DNA of 64,000 nucleotides, taken from positions 384,001-448,000 of the forward strand of contig JBLWTJ010000001.1 in the NCBI GenBank assembly GCA_048270185.1, read 5' to 3'. Made by a program: the position numbers and the translations under genes. The notes beneath the pieces are model-generated. The model did no database searches and was not told the origin of the DNA. It was given only the letters and a program-made list of their open reading frames with translations. Positions 30,240 to 39,583 of this stretch are shown in pieces (within the stretch, counting starts at the first letter, position 1; the number at the start of each line of letters is the position of its first letter). The stretch comes from Bacteriovoracaceae bacterium (GTDB taxonomy: Bacteria; Bdellovibrionota; Bacteriovoracia; Bacteriovoracales; Bacteriovoracaceae).

Positions 30240-30491
30240 GTGGCCATTGAACAATTCATTATCATTTTATTTATTGGGGCCATCTCTGGCTGGCTAGCAG
30301 GAAGTCTCTACAAGGGAGAAACTTTTGGCCTTGTAGGAAATATTATCGTCGGTGTCATGGGATCATTCGTAGGAAGCTTTGCCTTCCATCTGGTAGGCCT
30401 TGCAAGCTACGGCCTACTTGGTAGTATCGTTATCTCCACAGTCGGCGCTATCGTCTTTTTAGCGACTCTCCAGCTGTTGCAAAAGATGTGA
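30240..30491 (+). CDS. GlsB/YeaQ/YmgE (transglycosylase-associated) membrane protein
   Basis: IGAISGWLA..GLVGNIIVGVMGSFVG; GTG 30240 after AGGAGG. Confidence 0.85.
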   Translation: MAIEQFIIILFIGAISGWLAGSLYKGETFGLVGNIIVGVMGSFVGSFAFHLVGLASYGLLGSIVISTVGAIVFLATLQLLQKM

Positions 30492-30533
30492 AATTTTCTA
30501 TACAAATGACAGGCCCAGAGCTAGAATACGGGC

Positions 30534-31103
30534 ATGGGCCTAATGTTTATTTTTCCAGTATCTAAAGAAGAACAAGATCGTATCACTATTAACGAAGAGG
30601 GTTTAACTCTTAAGACCTATGGACTTCCGATGGTCTTCTGGGGCTATCTTCTTGCTGCAGCTGTTGTTGTCTTTGCCATGTTTATTGGCGTCAAAGGGCC
30701 AATGGTTAAGCTCTATCAAACAGGTGACACTATCAACCAAGCTCTGGTTATTGCTGTGGCCGCAGTCTTACTTTTCATTCCTTTTGGAACACTTTGCTTT
30801 TATATGTATGAGAAATTCATCACGAAAAAAGATAATAAACTGACTATTAAGCATCGACTTTTCTTCATACCAGTTTTTAAGAAAACATATGAGCTAGATG
30901 CCAAGGATGCCATCACCATAGACCACTATATGGATTCTCCAAATGTTGCCAAAATGAAGCAAGATCCTACCATGAGAGGATTTGAGAATAAGGGCTATTT
31001 TCAACTTCATGCAAAGCTTAAGAGTGGAAAGTATATTTTTGTGGATCGTTCGAATCGAAAAGCGGACCTGAAGAAGATTCAGGCCCTATTAAGTGAGTTT
31101 TAA
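30534..31103 (+). CDS. Hypothetical membrane protein with 2 TM helices
   Basis: Two hydrophobic helices followed by a soluble domain. Confidence 0.75.
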   Translation: MGLMFIFPVSKEEQDRITINEEGLTLKTYGLPMVFWGYLLAAAVVVFAMFIGVKGPMVKLYQTGDTINQALVIAVAAVLLFIPFGTLCFYMYEKFITKKDNKLTIKHRLFFIPVFKKTYELDAKDAITIDHYMDSPNVAKMKQDPTMRGFENKGYFQLHAKLKSGKYIFVDRSNRKADLKKIQALLSEF

Positions 31104-31107
31104 TTTT

Positions 31108-31668
31108 TTATTCTTGCTCGTCTTCTTCTTTGTAGTTTTGCTTAATCCCTTTAGGACGACGGCCACCACCAAGACGTTTTTGTTTTGAGTTATCACGCTC
31201 TTCTTTCTCCCAGTGGTTTTTCCAAACTTCACTTTGAGAATCACGCTCTTCGCGCTTGGCCTGACGTTCACTCATTACTTTTTCAACTTCTTCTTTCTTG
31301 CGAACTTTAAAAGTTCCAGAAAGTTTTGTTTTTGATACTTTCTTCTGCTTTGCCTCACGCTTGGCCTCAACACCTGCTTTTGAGTGTCCTGACATATCAA
31401 CAGTTACTTCACCCTTAACAAATGTCTGGCAAGACATACGCTCTTTCGTGATATGAAAGACATTACCGATTAGTTTCGTTTCAACATCAGTAGGCTCATT
31501 AAGGTTCTCAGCACCAGCGAGGACTCTAACGATACAGTCAGTACATGTACCGTGGCCACCACAGCTTGAATTAATATAAATGTCATTCTTCTTTAGTTGC
31601 TCTAATAGAGATGACTCATCATCAACGTAGATCGTTTCATTTGATGGTGATAGTGTTACTTTGAACAT
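31108..31668 (-). CDS. 2Fe-2S ferredoxin-domain protein with charged C-terminal tail
   Basis: SSCGGHGTCTDC...RMSCQ. Confidence 0.9.
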   Translation of the reverse strand: MFKVTLSPSNETIYVDDESSLLEQLKKNDIYINSSCGGHGTCTDCIVRVLAGAENLNEPTDVETKLIGNVFHITKERMSCQTFVKGEVTVDMSGHSKAGVEAKREAKQKKVSKTKLSGTFKVRKKEEVEKVMSERQAKREERDSQSEVWKNHWEKEERDNSKQKRLGGGRRPKGIKQNYKEEDEQE

Positions 31669-31708
31669 GTTATGCCTTCATTAAATTTATTGAGAAGGAT
31701 TACGGAGA

Positions 31709-31993
31709 CTAAACAGTCCTCTTAATCTTACTCTCAATCGTTTCTAAAATTTTTCCTTTAAGAGGCTTTAGCATGAAAGATAGGTCAAGATCAACCTGAC
31801 AGTAAGAATCTTCAAACTTTAGAGATAATTCAAAGCCTTTTCCTTTAGCTACCATGGAATAATTACCATCATTCTTAGTAACATCGGCCTTGACACCGAA
31901 TTTTGCCACATAATCAGGAGTCACAGCTGACTTAGCTAAATTATATGCTTCTTCTTTATTTGTCGCATTATTGTAATTTACTTTTAAACCCAT
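31709..31993 (-). CDS. Hypothetical protein resembling the polyhydroxyalkanoic acid system protein family
   Basis: Size and pattern (KEEA...GKGF...LSFMLKPLKGKI..TIE). Confidence 0.55.
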   Translation of the reverse strand: MGLKVNYNNATNKEEAYNLAKSAVTPDYVAKFGVKADVTKNDGNYSMVAKGKGFELSLKFEDSYCQVDLDLSFMLKPLKGKILETIESKIKRTV

Positions 31994-32007
31994 AAGTCTT
32001 CCCTTAC

Positions 32008-32475
32008 CTACTTAGTTCCTGTTGAACCAAAGCCACCAGCTCCGCGTTGTGTATCACTTAATTCTTCCACTGCACTGATTCTGGCCTGCCACACAGGTGC
32101 CATTACCATTTGAGCAATACGCTCACCGTGCTTAATCACAAAGTCTTCCTTGCCGAAGTTTCCAAGAATGATCTTAACTTCTCCGCGGTAATCACAATCA
32201 ATTGTTCCTGGAGAATTTACAACGAGAAGATCTGTCTTAAATGAAAGCCCTGAACGAGGTCTTATTTGTACTTCATATCCATGAGGTATTTCAAAGCTAA
32301 GTCCAGTTGGAACAAGAACTCGCGCCCCAGGAGCAATAATAAGACTGTCTTTGTTTTCAAGATGAGCTCTAAGGTCAGCACCTGCTGCACCTGTTGTCTC
32401 GTATTGTGGAAGATCGAAGCTAGAGTCGTAATGCTCTAGCTTCTTCACTTTTAAATCAACTATTCTGTCAATCAT
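32008..32475 (-). CDS. dut: dUTP diphosphatase
   Basis: AGADL, RPRSGL, GTIDCDYRGE and RGAGGFGSTG. Confidence 0.97.
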   Translation of the reverse strand: MIDRIVDLKVKKLEHYDSSFDLPQYETTGAAGADLRAHLENKDSLIIAPGARVLVPTGLSFEIPHGYEVQIRPRSGLSFKTDLLVVNSPGTIDCDYRGEVKIILGNFGKEDFVIKHGERIAQMVMAPVWQARISAVEELSDTQRGAGGFGSTGTK

Positions 32476-32496
32476 ACTTCTTACTTTTGAAATGGA

Positions 32497-34752
32497 TTAC
32501 TTATCACCACGTGGCTTTCTGTCGCCTCTTGGTTTTCTGTCATCACGACGAGGTCTGCGATCACCTCTATCACCATCTCTGGCTTCACGTGGCTCACGCT
32601 TTGGAGCATCTTTTTGTGCTTCAGCTTCAGTCTTACCGTCTTTTCTCGTTAGAGCCTCAACAGCTTTGATTGAAAGTTTAGCGCGTCCCATTTTATCGAT
32701 TTCAAGAACCTTGATCTTAACTGTCTGACCTTCTTCAAGGTAGTCAGCTGCATCAGTAATTCTATCTTCAGCGATTTCAGAGATGTGAACTAGTCCACCA
32801 ACACCTGCTGCAATATCAACGAATGCACCGTAGTCTTTAAGTGAAGCTACTTTTGCTTCATATACTTTTCCAACTTCTGGGCCATTCATTTGTAGAGCAA
32901 CTAGGGCCATACACTCATCAATTGCTTCTTGGTTAGTTGAGATGAATTTAGTAGTTCCATCTTCATCAATTTCGATAGTAAGATCGAAATCTTCTTGAAG
33001 CTTTTTAATATTCTTCCCACCAGGACCGATCAGTCCACCAATTTGGTCTTGCTTGATTTGCATTGACTTCATTACCGGTACACCGTCTTTCAGTGTCTTT
33101 CTTTCAACAGAAATTGTCTTTGCCATCTCTTCTAGAATATGAAGACGACCTTCTCTTGCTTGGGCCATTGCCTTTTCAACAATTTCCTTTGTAAGACCTG
33201 TGATCTTGATATCCATTTGAATTGCTGTAATACCTTCAGTCGTACCAGCAACTTTAAAGTCCATGTCACCTAAGTGATCTTCATCACCAAGGATATCTGT
33301 TAGGATCTTGAATCTTTCACCATCAGTTACTAGACCCATTGCAATTCCCGCCACTGGAGCCTTAAGAGGAACACCAGCATCCATTAGGGCCATTGAACCT
33401 GAACAAACAGAACCCATTGAAGAAGAACCATTTGACTCTAGAACCTCACATACAAGACGAGTTGTATATGGGAATTCTGTAGGGATAACTGCTTTAAGAG
33501 CACGTTCAGCTAGGTTTCCGTGACCTTGTTCACGACGTCCAACACCACGAACACCACGTGCTTCACCTACCGAGTATGGAGGAAAGTTATAGTGTAGGTA
33601 GAATTGATCTTCACTAGTTCCGATAATTCGGTCACTCATTTGAGCACCTTTGCTACCACCTAGAGTAACAGCGGCCATAACTTGTGTTTCACCACGAGTA
33701 AATAGAGATGAACCGTGTGGTACTTTTAAAACATCAATTTCAGTTTCGATTTCACGAACTTCTGCAAGTCCACGTCCAGCGATACGCTTATCTTCATCTA
33801 AGATATCACCACGTAGCATTTCATACATTAGCTCATCAACACCTTTATAGGCTTCTTTACCAAAAGAATCACCTTCAGATAAACCAAAAGCTTCTGGAGC
33901 TTCGGCCATTGCGGCTTTAACTTGAGCTTCGATTGCTTTTACAGCTTTTTGTCTTTCTAGCTTGTCTGTAATTTTCAGTGCTTCACGAGCAGTAGCTGTG
34001 TAGTCAGTTCTAATTTTTGCAAGCATTGTTTCGTTAGCAGCTGCTGAAACGAATTCACGCTTAGCCTTACCAACTTCTTTTTGAATGTCTTTAAGGAATG
34101 AAACAAATCCTTCGATTTCTTTTTGACCAAAGAAGATAGCATCAAGTACATCTTGCTCTGGAGCGATTTTTGCTTCACCTTCAACCATAAGAATTGCATT
34201 GTCACTTGCTGCAACAACGATTTCCATGTCTGAGTTTTCCCATTGATCGTGATCTGGGTTGATCACGAAATTCCCGTCAACACGTCCAACTTTACAAGTA
34301 CCAATTGGTCCTGCAAATGGAATGTCTGAAATAGTTAATGCAGCTGATGCACCAAGTGCAGCCAGAACCTCTGGGTCACCTTCTGGTGAGTAAGAGATAA
34401 CAGTACATGAAATAACAGTATCAAACATATACCCGTGTGGGAAAAGAGGTCTAAGAGGTCTATCAATTAGACGAGCATTAAGAGTCTCACCTGTTGAAGG
34501 ACGACCTTCTCTTTTTAAGAATCCACCAAGGAATTTCCCTGCTGAATAGAATTTTTCAGTGTACTCAACTAAAAGTGGGAAGAAGTCTTGCCCATCTTTT
34601 ACTTCAGTTGCAGATGTTGCAGTAACTAGAACTTGTGTACCACCACAAGATACGATTACAGACGCGTCTGCTTGCTTGGCCATACGGCCAGTTTCAATTG
34701 TAACTTCCTTACCACCAAAGTTGTAAGTAAACTCTCGTTTGTTGTTTAACAT
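32497..34752 (-). CDS. pnp: Polyribonucleotide nucleotidyltransferase
   Basis: Two RNase PH domains (RLIDRPLRPLF, SNGSSS, DMDFKVAG), KH and S1. Start is probably ATG 34752 after GGAG. Confidence 0.98.
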   Translation of the reverse strand: MLNNKREFTYNFGGKEVTIETGRMAKQADASVIVSCGGTQVLVTATSATEVKDGQDFFPLLVEYTEKFYSAGKFLGGFLKREGRPSTGETLNARLIDRPLRPLFPHGYMFDTVISCTVISYSPEGDPEVLAALGASAALTISDIPFAGPIGTCKVGRVDGNFVINPDHDQWENSDMEIVVAASDNAILMVEGEAKIAPEQDVLDAIFFGQKEIEGFVSFLKDIQKEVGKAKREFVSAAANETMLAKIRTDYTATAREALKITDKLERQKAVKAIEAQVKAAMAEAPEAFGLSEGDSFGKEAYKGVDELMYEMLRGDILDEDKRIAGRGLAEVREIETEIDVLKVPHGSSLFTRGETQVMAAVTLGGSKGAQMSDRIIGTSEDQFYLHYNFPPYSVGEARGVRGVGRREQGHGNLAERALKAVIPTEFPYTTRLVCEVLESNGSSSMGSVCSGSMALMDAGVPLKAPVAGIAMGLVTDGERFKILTDILGDEDHLGDMDFKVAGTTEGITAIQMDIKITGLTKEIVEKAMAQAREGRLHILEEMAKTISVERKTLKDGVPVMKSMQIKQDQIGGLIGPGGKNIKKLQEDFDLTIEIDEDGTTKFISTNQEAIDECMALVALQMNGPEVGKVYEAKVASLKDYGAFVDIAAGVGGLVHISEIAEDRITDAADYLEEGQTVKIKVLEIDKMGRAKLSIKAVEALTRKDGKTEAEAQKDAPKREPREARDGDRGDRRPRRDDRKPRGDRKPRGDK

Positions 34753-34787
34753 AAATAACTCCATTTATATTTTTGAATGTCGGTTTT

Positions 34788-34905
34788 GAAATGTATTTTA
34801 GAATTGTTTTGAGAAATCCAAAGAATATGAAAACTTAAAAACAACGAATTTTGCTCCTAAATTTTAATATCCCTTAAATCTCAAACTCTCCTTAAAATCA
34901 ATTTC
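34788..34905 (-). promoter_or_regulatory. Long imperfect RNA hairpin in the pnp 5' leader (putative RNase III site)
   Basis: On the minus strand GAAAU/AUUUC, AUUUUA/UAAAAU, UUUGAGA/UCUCAAA, UUUAAGGGAUAU/AUAUUCUUUGGA and AAAAUUUAGGAGCAA/UUGUUUUUAAGUUUU pair in nested order. Confidence 0.75.
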
Positions 34906-34931
34906 GTTATCTAAATTTTAACTTTTTAAAT

Positions 34932-34962
34932 AAAAAAAAGGAAGCATAAAGCTTCCTTTCTT
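34932..34962 (-). terminator. rpsO terminator
   Basis: AAAGGAAGC-ATAAA-GCTTCCTTT with an A-run that gives a U-tract on the minus strand. Confidence 0.85.
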
Positions 34963-34972
34963 TTGTCTTGGA

Positions 34973-35251
34973 TTACTTTCTTAGACCAAGTTTCTTAATT
35001 AAGTTTTTGTAGCTTTCTTCGTTGTTAGTAGCTACGTACTTAAGAAGACGACGACGACGTCCAATCATCTTAAGTAGACCACGGTTTGAACTGTAGTCAT
35101 GCTTGTTAGCAGCAAAGTGACCTTTAAGGTTGTTGATTCTAGTAGTTAGAATAGCAACTTGAACCGCTGCACTTCCGCTGTCTTTTTCACCTGCACCAAA
35201 TTCTTTTCCGAATTCAGCAACGATTTCAGCTGTTTGAGCTTTTGTAATCAT
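34973..35251 (-). CDS. rpsO: 30S ribosomal protein S15
   Basis: DSGSAAVQVAILT..HF..NKHD..RGLLKMIGRRRRLL..LGLRK; ATG 35251 after GGAG. Confidence 0.97.
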   Translation of the reverse strand: MITKAQTAEIVAEFGKEFGAGEKDSGSAAVQVAILTTRINNLKGHFAANKHDYSSNRGLLKMIGRRRRLLKYVATNNEESYKNLIKKLGLRK

Positions 35252-35332
35252 AATTTTCTCCATACTTACCACAGGACCGAGGATAGAAGTTATTTTCTAA
35301 ACCAAGCCAAGGGCGCTATAATTTTGTGCATA

Positions 35333-36373
35333 TTATCTTATAATATCACTCATGTAAACCTTTAAATTCTCAAGTAAACGGGCCTCGATTTGTCTAATTC
35401 GCTCTCTTGAGACACCATAGTCGTCTGCAACGGCCTGTAGTGAGCGCGGGGCATCATTTAAAAGCCTCTCACGAAAGATTTCTTTATCTCTGGGCTTTAG
35501 GCCTTGAATAAATTGATCCAGGTTATCTTGTAATAATTTCAGAGACTGCTTGAACTCGACATCCAGCGTAAAGTCGTTATCACCTGGTAGCAAATCTCCA
35601 ACAGTTGCTGTTGAGTCACCAATTGGCGTATCGATACTAAACTCAGTACCACCCTCACCTAAGCGCATATCCATCAAGGCAACGGCCTTCTCACTAACAT
35701 CTAGGTTTTGGGCAATAGTCTTGTGATCCGGTTTAATCCCCTGTGCCTCAAGACGTTCTTTTTCACGCATAAGATTATAAAAGAGCTTCTTTTGCTCATT
35801 TGTTGAGCCAAGCTTAACAAGTTTAAAGTTATCTAAAATGAACTTAAGGATATATGACTTGATCCACCAAGAAGCATAATATGATAATTTTGCACCCTTA
35901 TCTGGCTCAAATAATGAGACGGCCTTCATAAGGCCAATATTCCCCTCTTGAATAAGATCCATTACATTAGCATGGGCGCTCTTGTAATCCATGGCAATCT
36001 TCACAACAAGGCGTAGATTTGAAACAACTAGCTTCTTGGCAAGTTCGATATCACCAGTTTCACGAAATTGTTTAACGAGGGCCTTTTCTTGTTCAGGCGA
36101 TAGTAGTTCATAGCGAGAGATTTCTTTTAAGTATTGATTAAGCTTATTATCACTACGACTAGGAACTGGAAGTTTAGAAGATATGGCCGGAAGAGTTTCA
36201 CTGATTAATTCAATTTCTTCTTCAAGAGTAAGACCAGAGTCAATCTTAGGAGAGATATCAACATAGTCCTCTACATCTTCGATATCATCTGAACTTGTCT
36301 CTTCGACAGATGGAAGAATTTCGTAATCGAATTCCTTTGAATCTTTAATATCTTTACTATTAGATTTTGCCAT
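35333..36373 (-). CDS. rpoH: Sigma-70 family factor, RpoH (sigma32) type, with acidic N-terminal extension
   Basis: SNLRLVVKIA, DLIQEGNIGLMKAV, RpoH-box-like QKKLFYNL and SRERIRQIE. Confidence 0.85.
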   Translation of the reverse strand: MAKSNSKDIKDSKEFDYEILPSVEETSSDDIEDVEDYVDISPKIDSGLTLEEEIELISETLPAISSKLPVPSRSDNKLNQYLKEISRYELLSPEQEKALVKQFRETGDIELAKKLVVSNLRLVVKIAMDYKSAHANVMDLIQEGNIGLMKAVSLFEPDKGAKLSYYASWWIKSYILKFILDNFKLVKLGSTNEQKKLFYNLMREKERLEAQGIKPDHKTIAQNLDVSEKAVALMDMRLGEGGTEFSIDTPIGDSTATVGDLLPGDNDFTLDVEFKQSLKLLQDNLDQFIQGLKPRDKEIFRERLLNDAPRSLQAVADDYGVSRERIRQIEARLLENLKVYMSDIIR

Positions 36374-36385
36374 TAAGGCTATTTA

Positions 36386-38080
36386 TCATTTTTTGGACTT
36401 CTCGGCCATAGAATCAATATTATTTAGTACCTCTAAGGACTTAATTTCCTTAGCATCTCGTTCAGAAAGCTCTGATATAACACGCTTATTGCGGATTGCC
36501 ACAAGCGCAAAAGGAGCAATTCGTATATTGACTCTAATACTTACTTGGCGAGATTTTGGCAGAATGAGCTCTTCAAGTGTGTCAAATTGTCTAAGAACTT
36601 CCTTCATCATTACAGTCAATAGATCGGAGTTAACGGAATAAGTGGCAAGAAGATCTTTAACCTTTTCATAATCTTTAGCAATATATGCATTAAGTCTAGT
36701 TTTGAGTAACTCAATACTATCCTCGTCATTAGCATTGACGGCAATTTTATATTGTTCAAAGATCCAATCGAGATCCTTGGCCGGAAATTTAATATCAAAA
36801 TTTAATGTGATCATATTCTCATCATTAGTGGCTCGATCAAACTCACCATTGACAACATTGAAGTTAATTTGTGGACGGCCCTCTGCTCTAATAAAACGAT
36901 CGGAGGCTAAGCGATCAACTTGCATTTCAAGTGCATCTTCATACATGACATAATCCACTCGTCTTGCAAGAAGATCCTTTGCCCAAAAATTCCAAAGCCC
37001 ATCGTTTGAGATAGAGATATATCTTTTAATCATCTCAGAACTCTGGGTCCAAACGTTAAAATCAGGAATACGAGTCAGTAGTGCAATGAACTGTCCTATA
37101 AGACGTTCTTCTTGTTTATCAAATTGTTTTAAATGATCCTTAAAATTCTTATCTATATTTGGAGAATAGCTTTGTGTGGCCGTTTGAAAATTTCGACAAT
37201 AGATAGTAGATAAATCGTAGGCCATATTAGATGAACCAATTGGTTTTGCTATTTCTTGAGTAAAATTACTCAAGGTCTTAGGACGACAAATTTGATTCTT
37301 ACAAAGTGCTACCTTCTGATCTTTTAGCTTGTCATTAAAAGTGTGTGTTTCAAGTCCAGTCATTTCTCTAATAATGTAGCTCATAATAACTGGCGATCTT
37401 AAGAAAGGTGCCATCTTTCGTAGAAATTGAACTTGGCCACCCCATGAGCAAGCATAACTAAAAACACCTGTTGTATAATAGAGTTCATTAACAAGAACTT
37501 CATTTTCACTTTGTACTTCAGATACTTTTTCCGTAAATAGCTTCTTTGATATGTCTTGAGGAACTGAAATCGCTTCTTGCGAATCGAAATCTTGTTTAAA
37601 GAGATACTTCAAAAGTCGATGACTATAGAGAGTTGTATTTTGTGAACAACTACCGATTAGGCCATCAACCAAATTATCGTATTGTTCGCTATCAAATTGT
37701 AGTTTCTTCGCATAGGTGGCAATAGCACTAATCGAATAATTCATCATTTTATATTGAAGAGTTGCAATCATTGAGCGTATAAACTCATCTCTTTCAAAGG
37801 CATTTTTAAAATTAACAGGTGCTTTATTTTCACGACAAAAATAATCAAGATTTTCTGATTCGAGATAAAACTTACGATAATTATCAAGTAAGGTAAAATT
37901 CTCAGGAGTATTTTCAACGCGGGATTTTGAAATAGAAAACTTTAAATTATCAAAGATTTTATTTCCCTGTCTCTCAAGTCCTGAAACGAACTGAGACTGG
38001 GCACAGACACTTGTTGCGACAATAGTTATTAAGGTAAAAAGAAGTGGCCTAAATCCGTTTATACCCACATTGTTTCCCAT
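36386..38080 (-). CDS. Secreted hypothetical protein
   Basis: 564-aa ORF with a signal-like N-terminus and several Cys; ends 12 nt before rpoH. Confidence 0.75.
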   Translation of the reverse strand: MGNNVGINGFRPLLFTLITIVATSVCAQSQFVSGLERQGNKIFDNLKFSISKSRVENTPENFTLLDNYRKFYLESENLDYFCRENKAPVNFKNAFERDEFIRSMIATLQYKMMNYSISAIATYAKKLQFDSEQYDNLVDGLIGSCSQNTTLYSHRLLKYLFKQDFDSQEAISVPQDISKKLFTEKVSEVQSENEVLVNELYYTTGVFSYACSWGGQVQFLRKMAPFLRSPVIMSYIIREMTGLETHTFNDKLKDQKVALCKNQICRPKTLSNFTQEIAKPIGSSNMAYDLSTIYCRNFQTATQSYSPNIDKNFKDHLKQFDKQEERLIGQFIALLTRIPDFNVWTQSSEMIKRYISISNDGLWNFWAKDLLARRVDYVMYEDALEMQVDRLASDRFIRAEGRPQINFNVVNGEFDRATNDENMITLNFDIKFPAKDLDWIFEQYKIAVNANDEDSIELLKTRLNAYIAKDYEKVKDLLATYSVNSDLLTVMMKEVLRQFDTLEELILPKSRQVSIRVNIRIAPFALVAIRNKRVISELSERDAKEIKSLEVLNNIDSMAEKSKK

Positions 38081-38104
38081 TAGTTTTATTCCATAAACTT
38101 TCCT

Positions 38105-38136
38105 TTAAGTTATCGGAATTATTCCCGAAAGGTTTA
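38105..38136. promoter_or_regulatory. Overlapping divergent sigma28-type promoters
   Basis: Minus strand: TAAA(38136-33)-N15-TCCGATAA(38117-10). Plus strand: TTAA(38105-08)-N15-CCCGAAAG(38124-31), a weaker match. Confidence 0.6.
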
Positions 38137-38149
38137 ATAAGGAAATGAA

Positions 38150-39583
38150 ATGAACATAAGAAGAATAAATCTTGCCCTATTCTTAATTTTGATCGCTTTT
38201 AGCTCGCTAGCAAGGCCACTTAATCGCGCGACTAAAACAGAGCTTGATCCTCCATATAATATCTATGGAGAAATTGAAGCTGATTATTTTAATAATGGAC
38301 TTCAAGTAGATAAGCGTGAAACATTTCTTAACCAGTTAAAAATAGCAAAATCGCTACTCATCGATGGCCACTCAAAAGATGCAATTCTAGTATTGAATAA
38401 GTTAATACAAACAACTAAGAGCTACGATAAACGACTTATCATTAATCGATTTTTGGCCTTAGCTTATTTTTCTATTTCAGATATTAATAAGAGTCGAGAA
38501 ATATTGGATTCAATTCCGGATACGGCAACATGGCTCTACCAGAATTGTAGCTTAAAAATTATCTCGACTTTATCACTACCAAAAACACAAAATGATAAAA
38601 TTAATAAAACATTCAACGACTGTATTAATCACTACCGAGTACGAGGTGATAATATTAGAGATACTTGGTTAAGATTAGTTCTTGAAAGAAAAATCAAAGG
38701 CCACGTTGTTAATTATAAAGTAAGAGATTTATTTGCTTCTAATAATTTAGAAACCATCAATACCATTTTAAAATATGGGATTTACTTTGATGAAAATAAA
38801 CAAATATTAAAATTCTACGACTTAATTCCTGTAGAACTATATGCTGATGAACAACTAAGAACTCTCGTAGCAACAAATCTCTATAATAACGCAGAATTCG
38901 ACAGGGCCTTAAAACTAGTCAATAGCTTAAATAATACAAATGCCAATAATATAAAAGGAATTGAAGAAGTAAAAAAAGAAAACTATAAGACAGCTTATTC
39001 TCACTTCATTTCAAATCTATTAACTAAACCATATTCAATCAATGCAAATATTAGCATTCTTGCTTCAGCGATACTCAGTAATAACTACAAACAGGCGAGA
39101 ACTGCACTATCAAAAATTCCTGTATCCTATGAACTTAGACGAGAAAAACAACTACTTCGCATTAATATTCTCCTTAAAGAAGGAAAATTTAAAGAGGCCA
39201 CATACCTAATGAACAATCTTGATATTGACTATAGTAAGAAGCTTCCTTATGAAGCTGCTATTCTAAGTACATATTTGAAATTATTAAAAGATGACGACGA
39301 ATGGAAAAGCTTAAGTGACTCATCTTGCTTAAGTAAGAACGTCATTAGTTGCTGGCTACATATGCAATCTAAAGTATGGCAAAGCTATCCTACTCAAATA
39401 GTTAATAGTGATGAAAAGATGGAAGCTAAGACAATTCAATCAAGACTTAATTCCATGATTACTAAAAAAGAACATAAAGAATTTAATGAGCCGACACTTA
39501 TCTATCAAAAAGATATATATGAATTAGACCTCGTCAGCTATCCTGAACTTAAAAAGAGTATCGATAGCCAAAGTTTACAATAG
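38150..39583 (+). CDS. Secreted TPR-like helical repeat protein
   Basis: Signal peptide and repeated helical patterns (LALAYF, AEFDRAL, NYKTAY, GKFKEA). Confidence 0.65.
   Translation: MNIRRINLALFLILIAFSSLARPLNRATKTELDPPYNIYGEIEADYFNNGLQVDKRETFLNQLKIAKSLLIDGHSKDAILVLNKLIQTTKSYDKRLIINRFLALAYFSISDINKSREILDSIPDTATWLYQNCSLKIISTLSLPKTQNDKINKTFNDCINHYRVRGDNIRDTWLRLVLERKIKGHVVNYKVRDLFASNNLETINTILKYGIYFDENKQILKFYDLIPVELYADEQLRTLVATNLYNNAEFDRALKLVNSLNNTNANNIKGIEEVKKENYKTAYSHFISNLLTKPYSINANISILASAILSNNYKQARTALSKIPVSYELRREKQLLRINILLKEGKFKEATYLMNNLDIDYSKKLPYEAAILSTYLKLLKDDDEWKSLSDSSCLSKNVISCWLHMQSKVWQSYPTQIVNSDEKMEAKTIQSRLNSMITKKEHKEFNEPTLIYQKDIYELDLVSYPELKKSIDSQSLQ

Noticed and set aside
35252..35332. 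S15 autoregulatory leader upstream of rpsO
   Set aside because: Only a weak hairpin (UAGAA/UUCUA core) is visible. It cannot be supported without covariance analysis.
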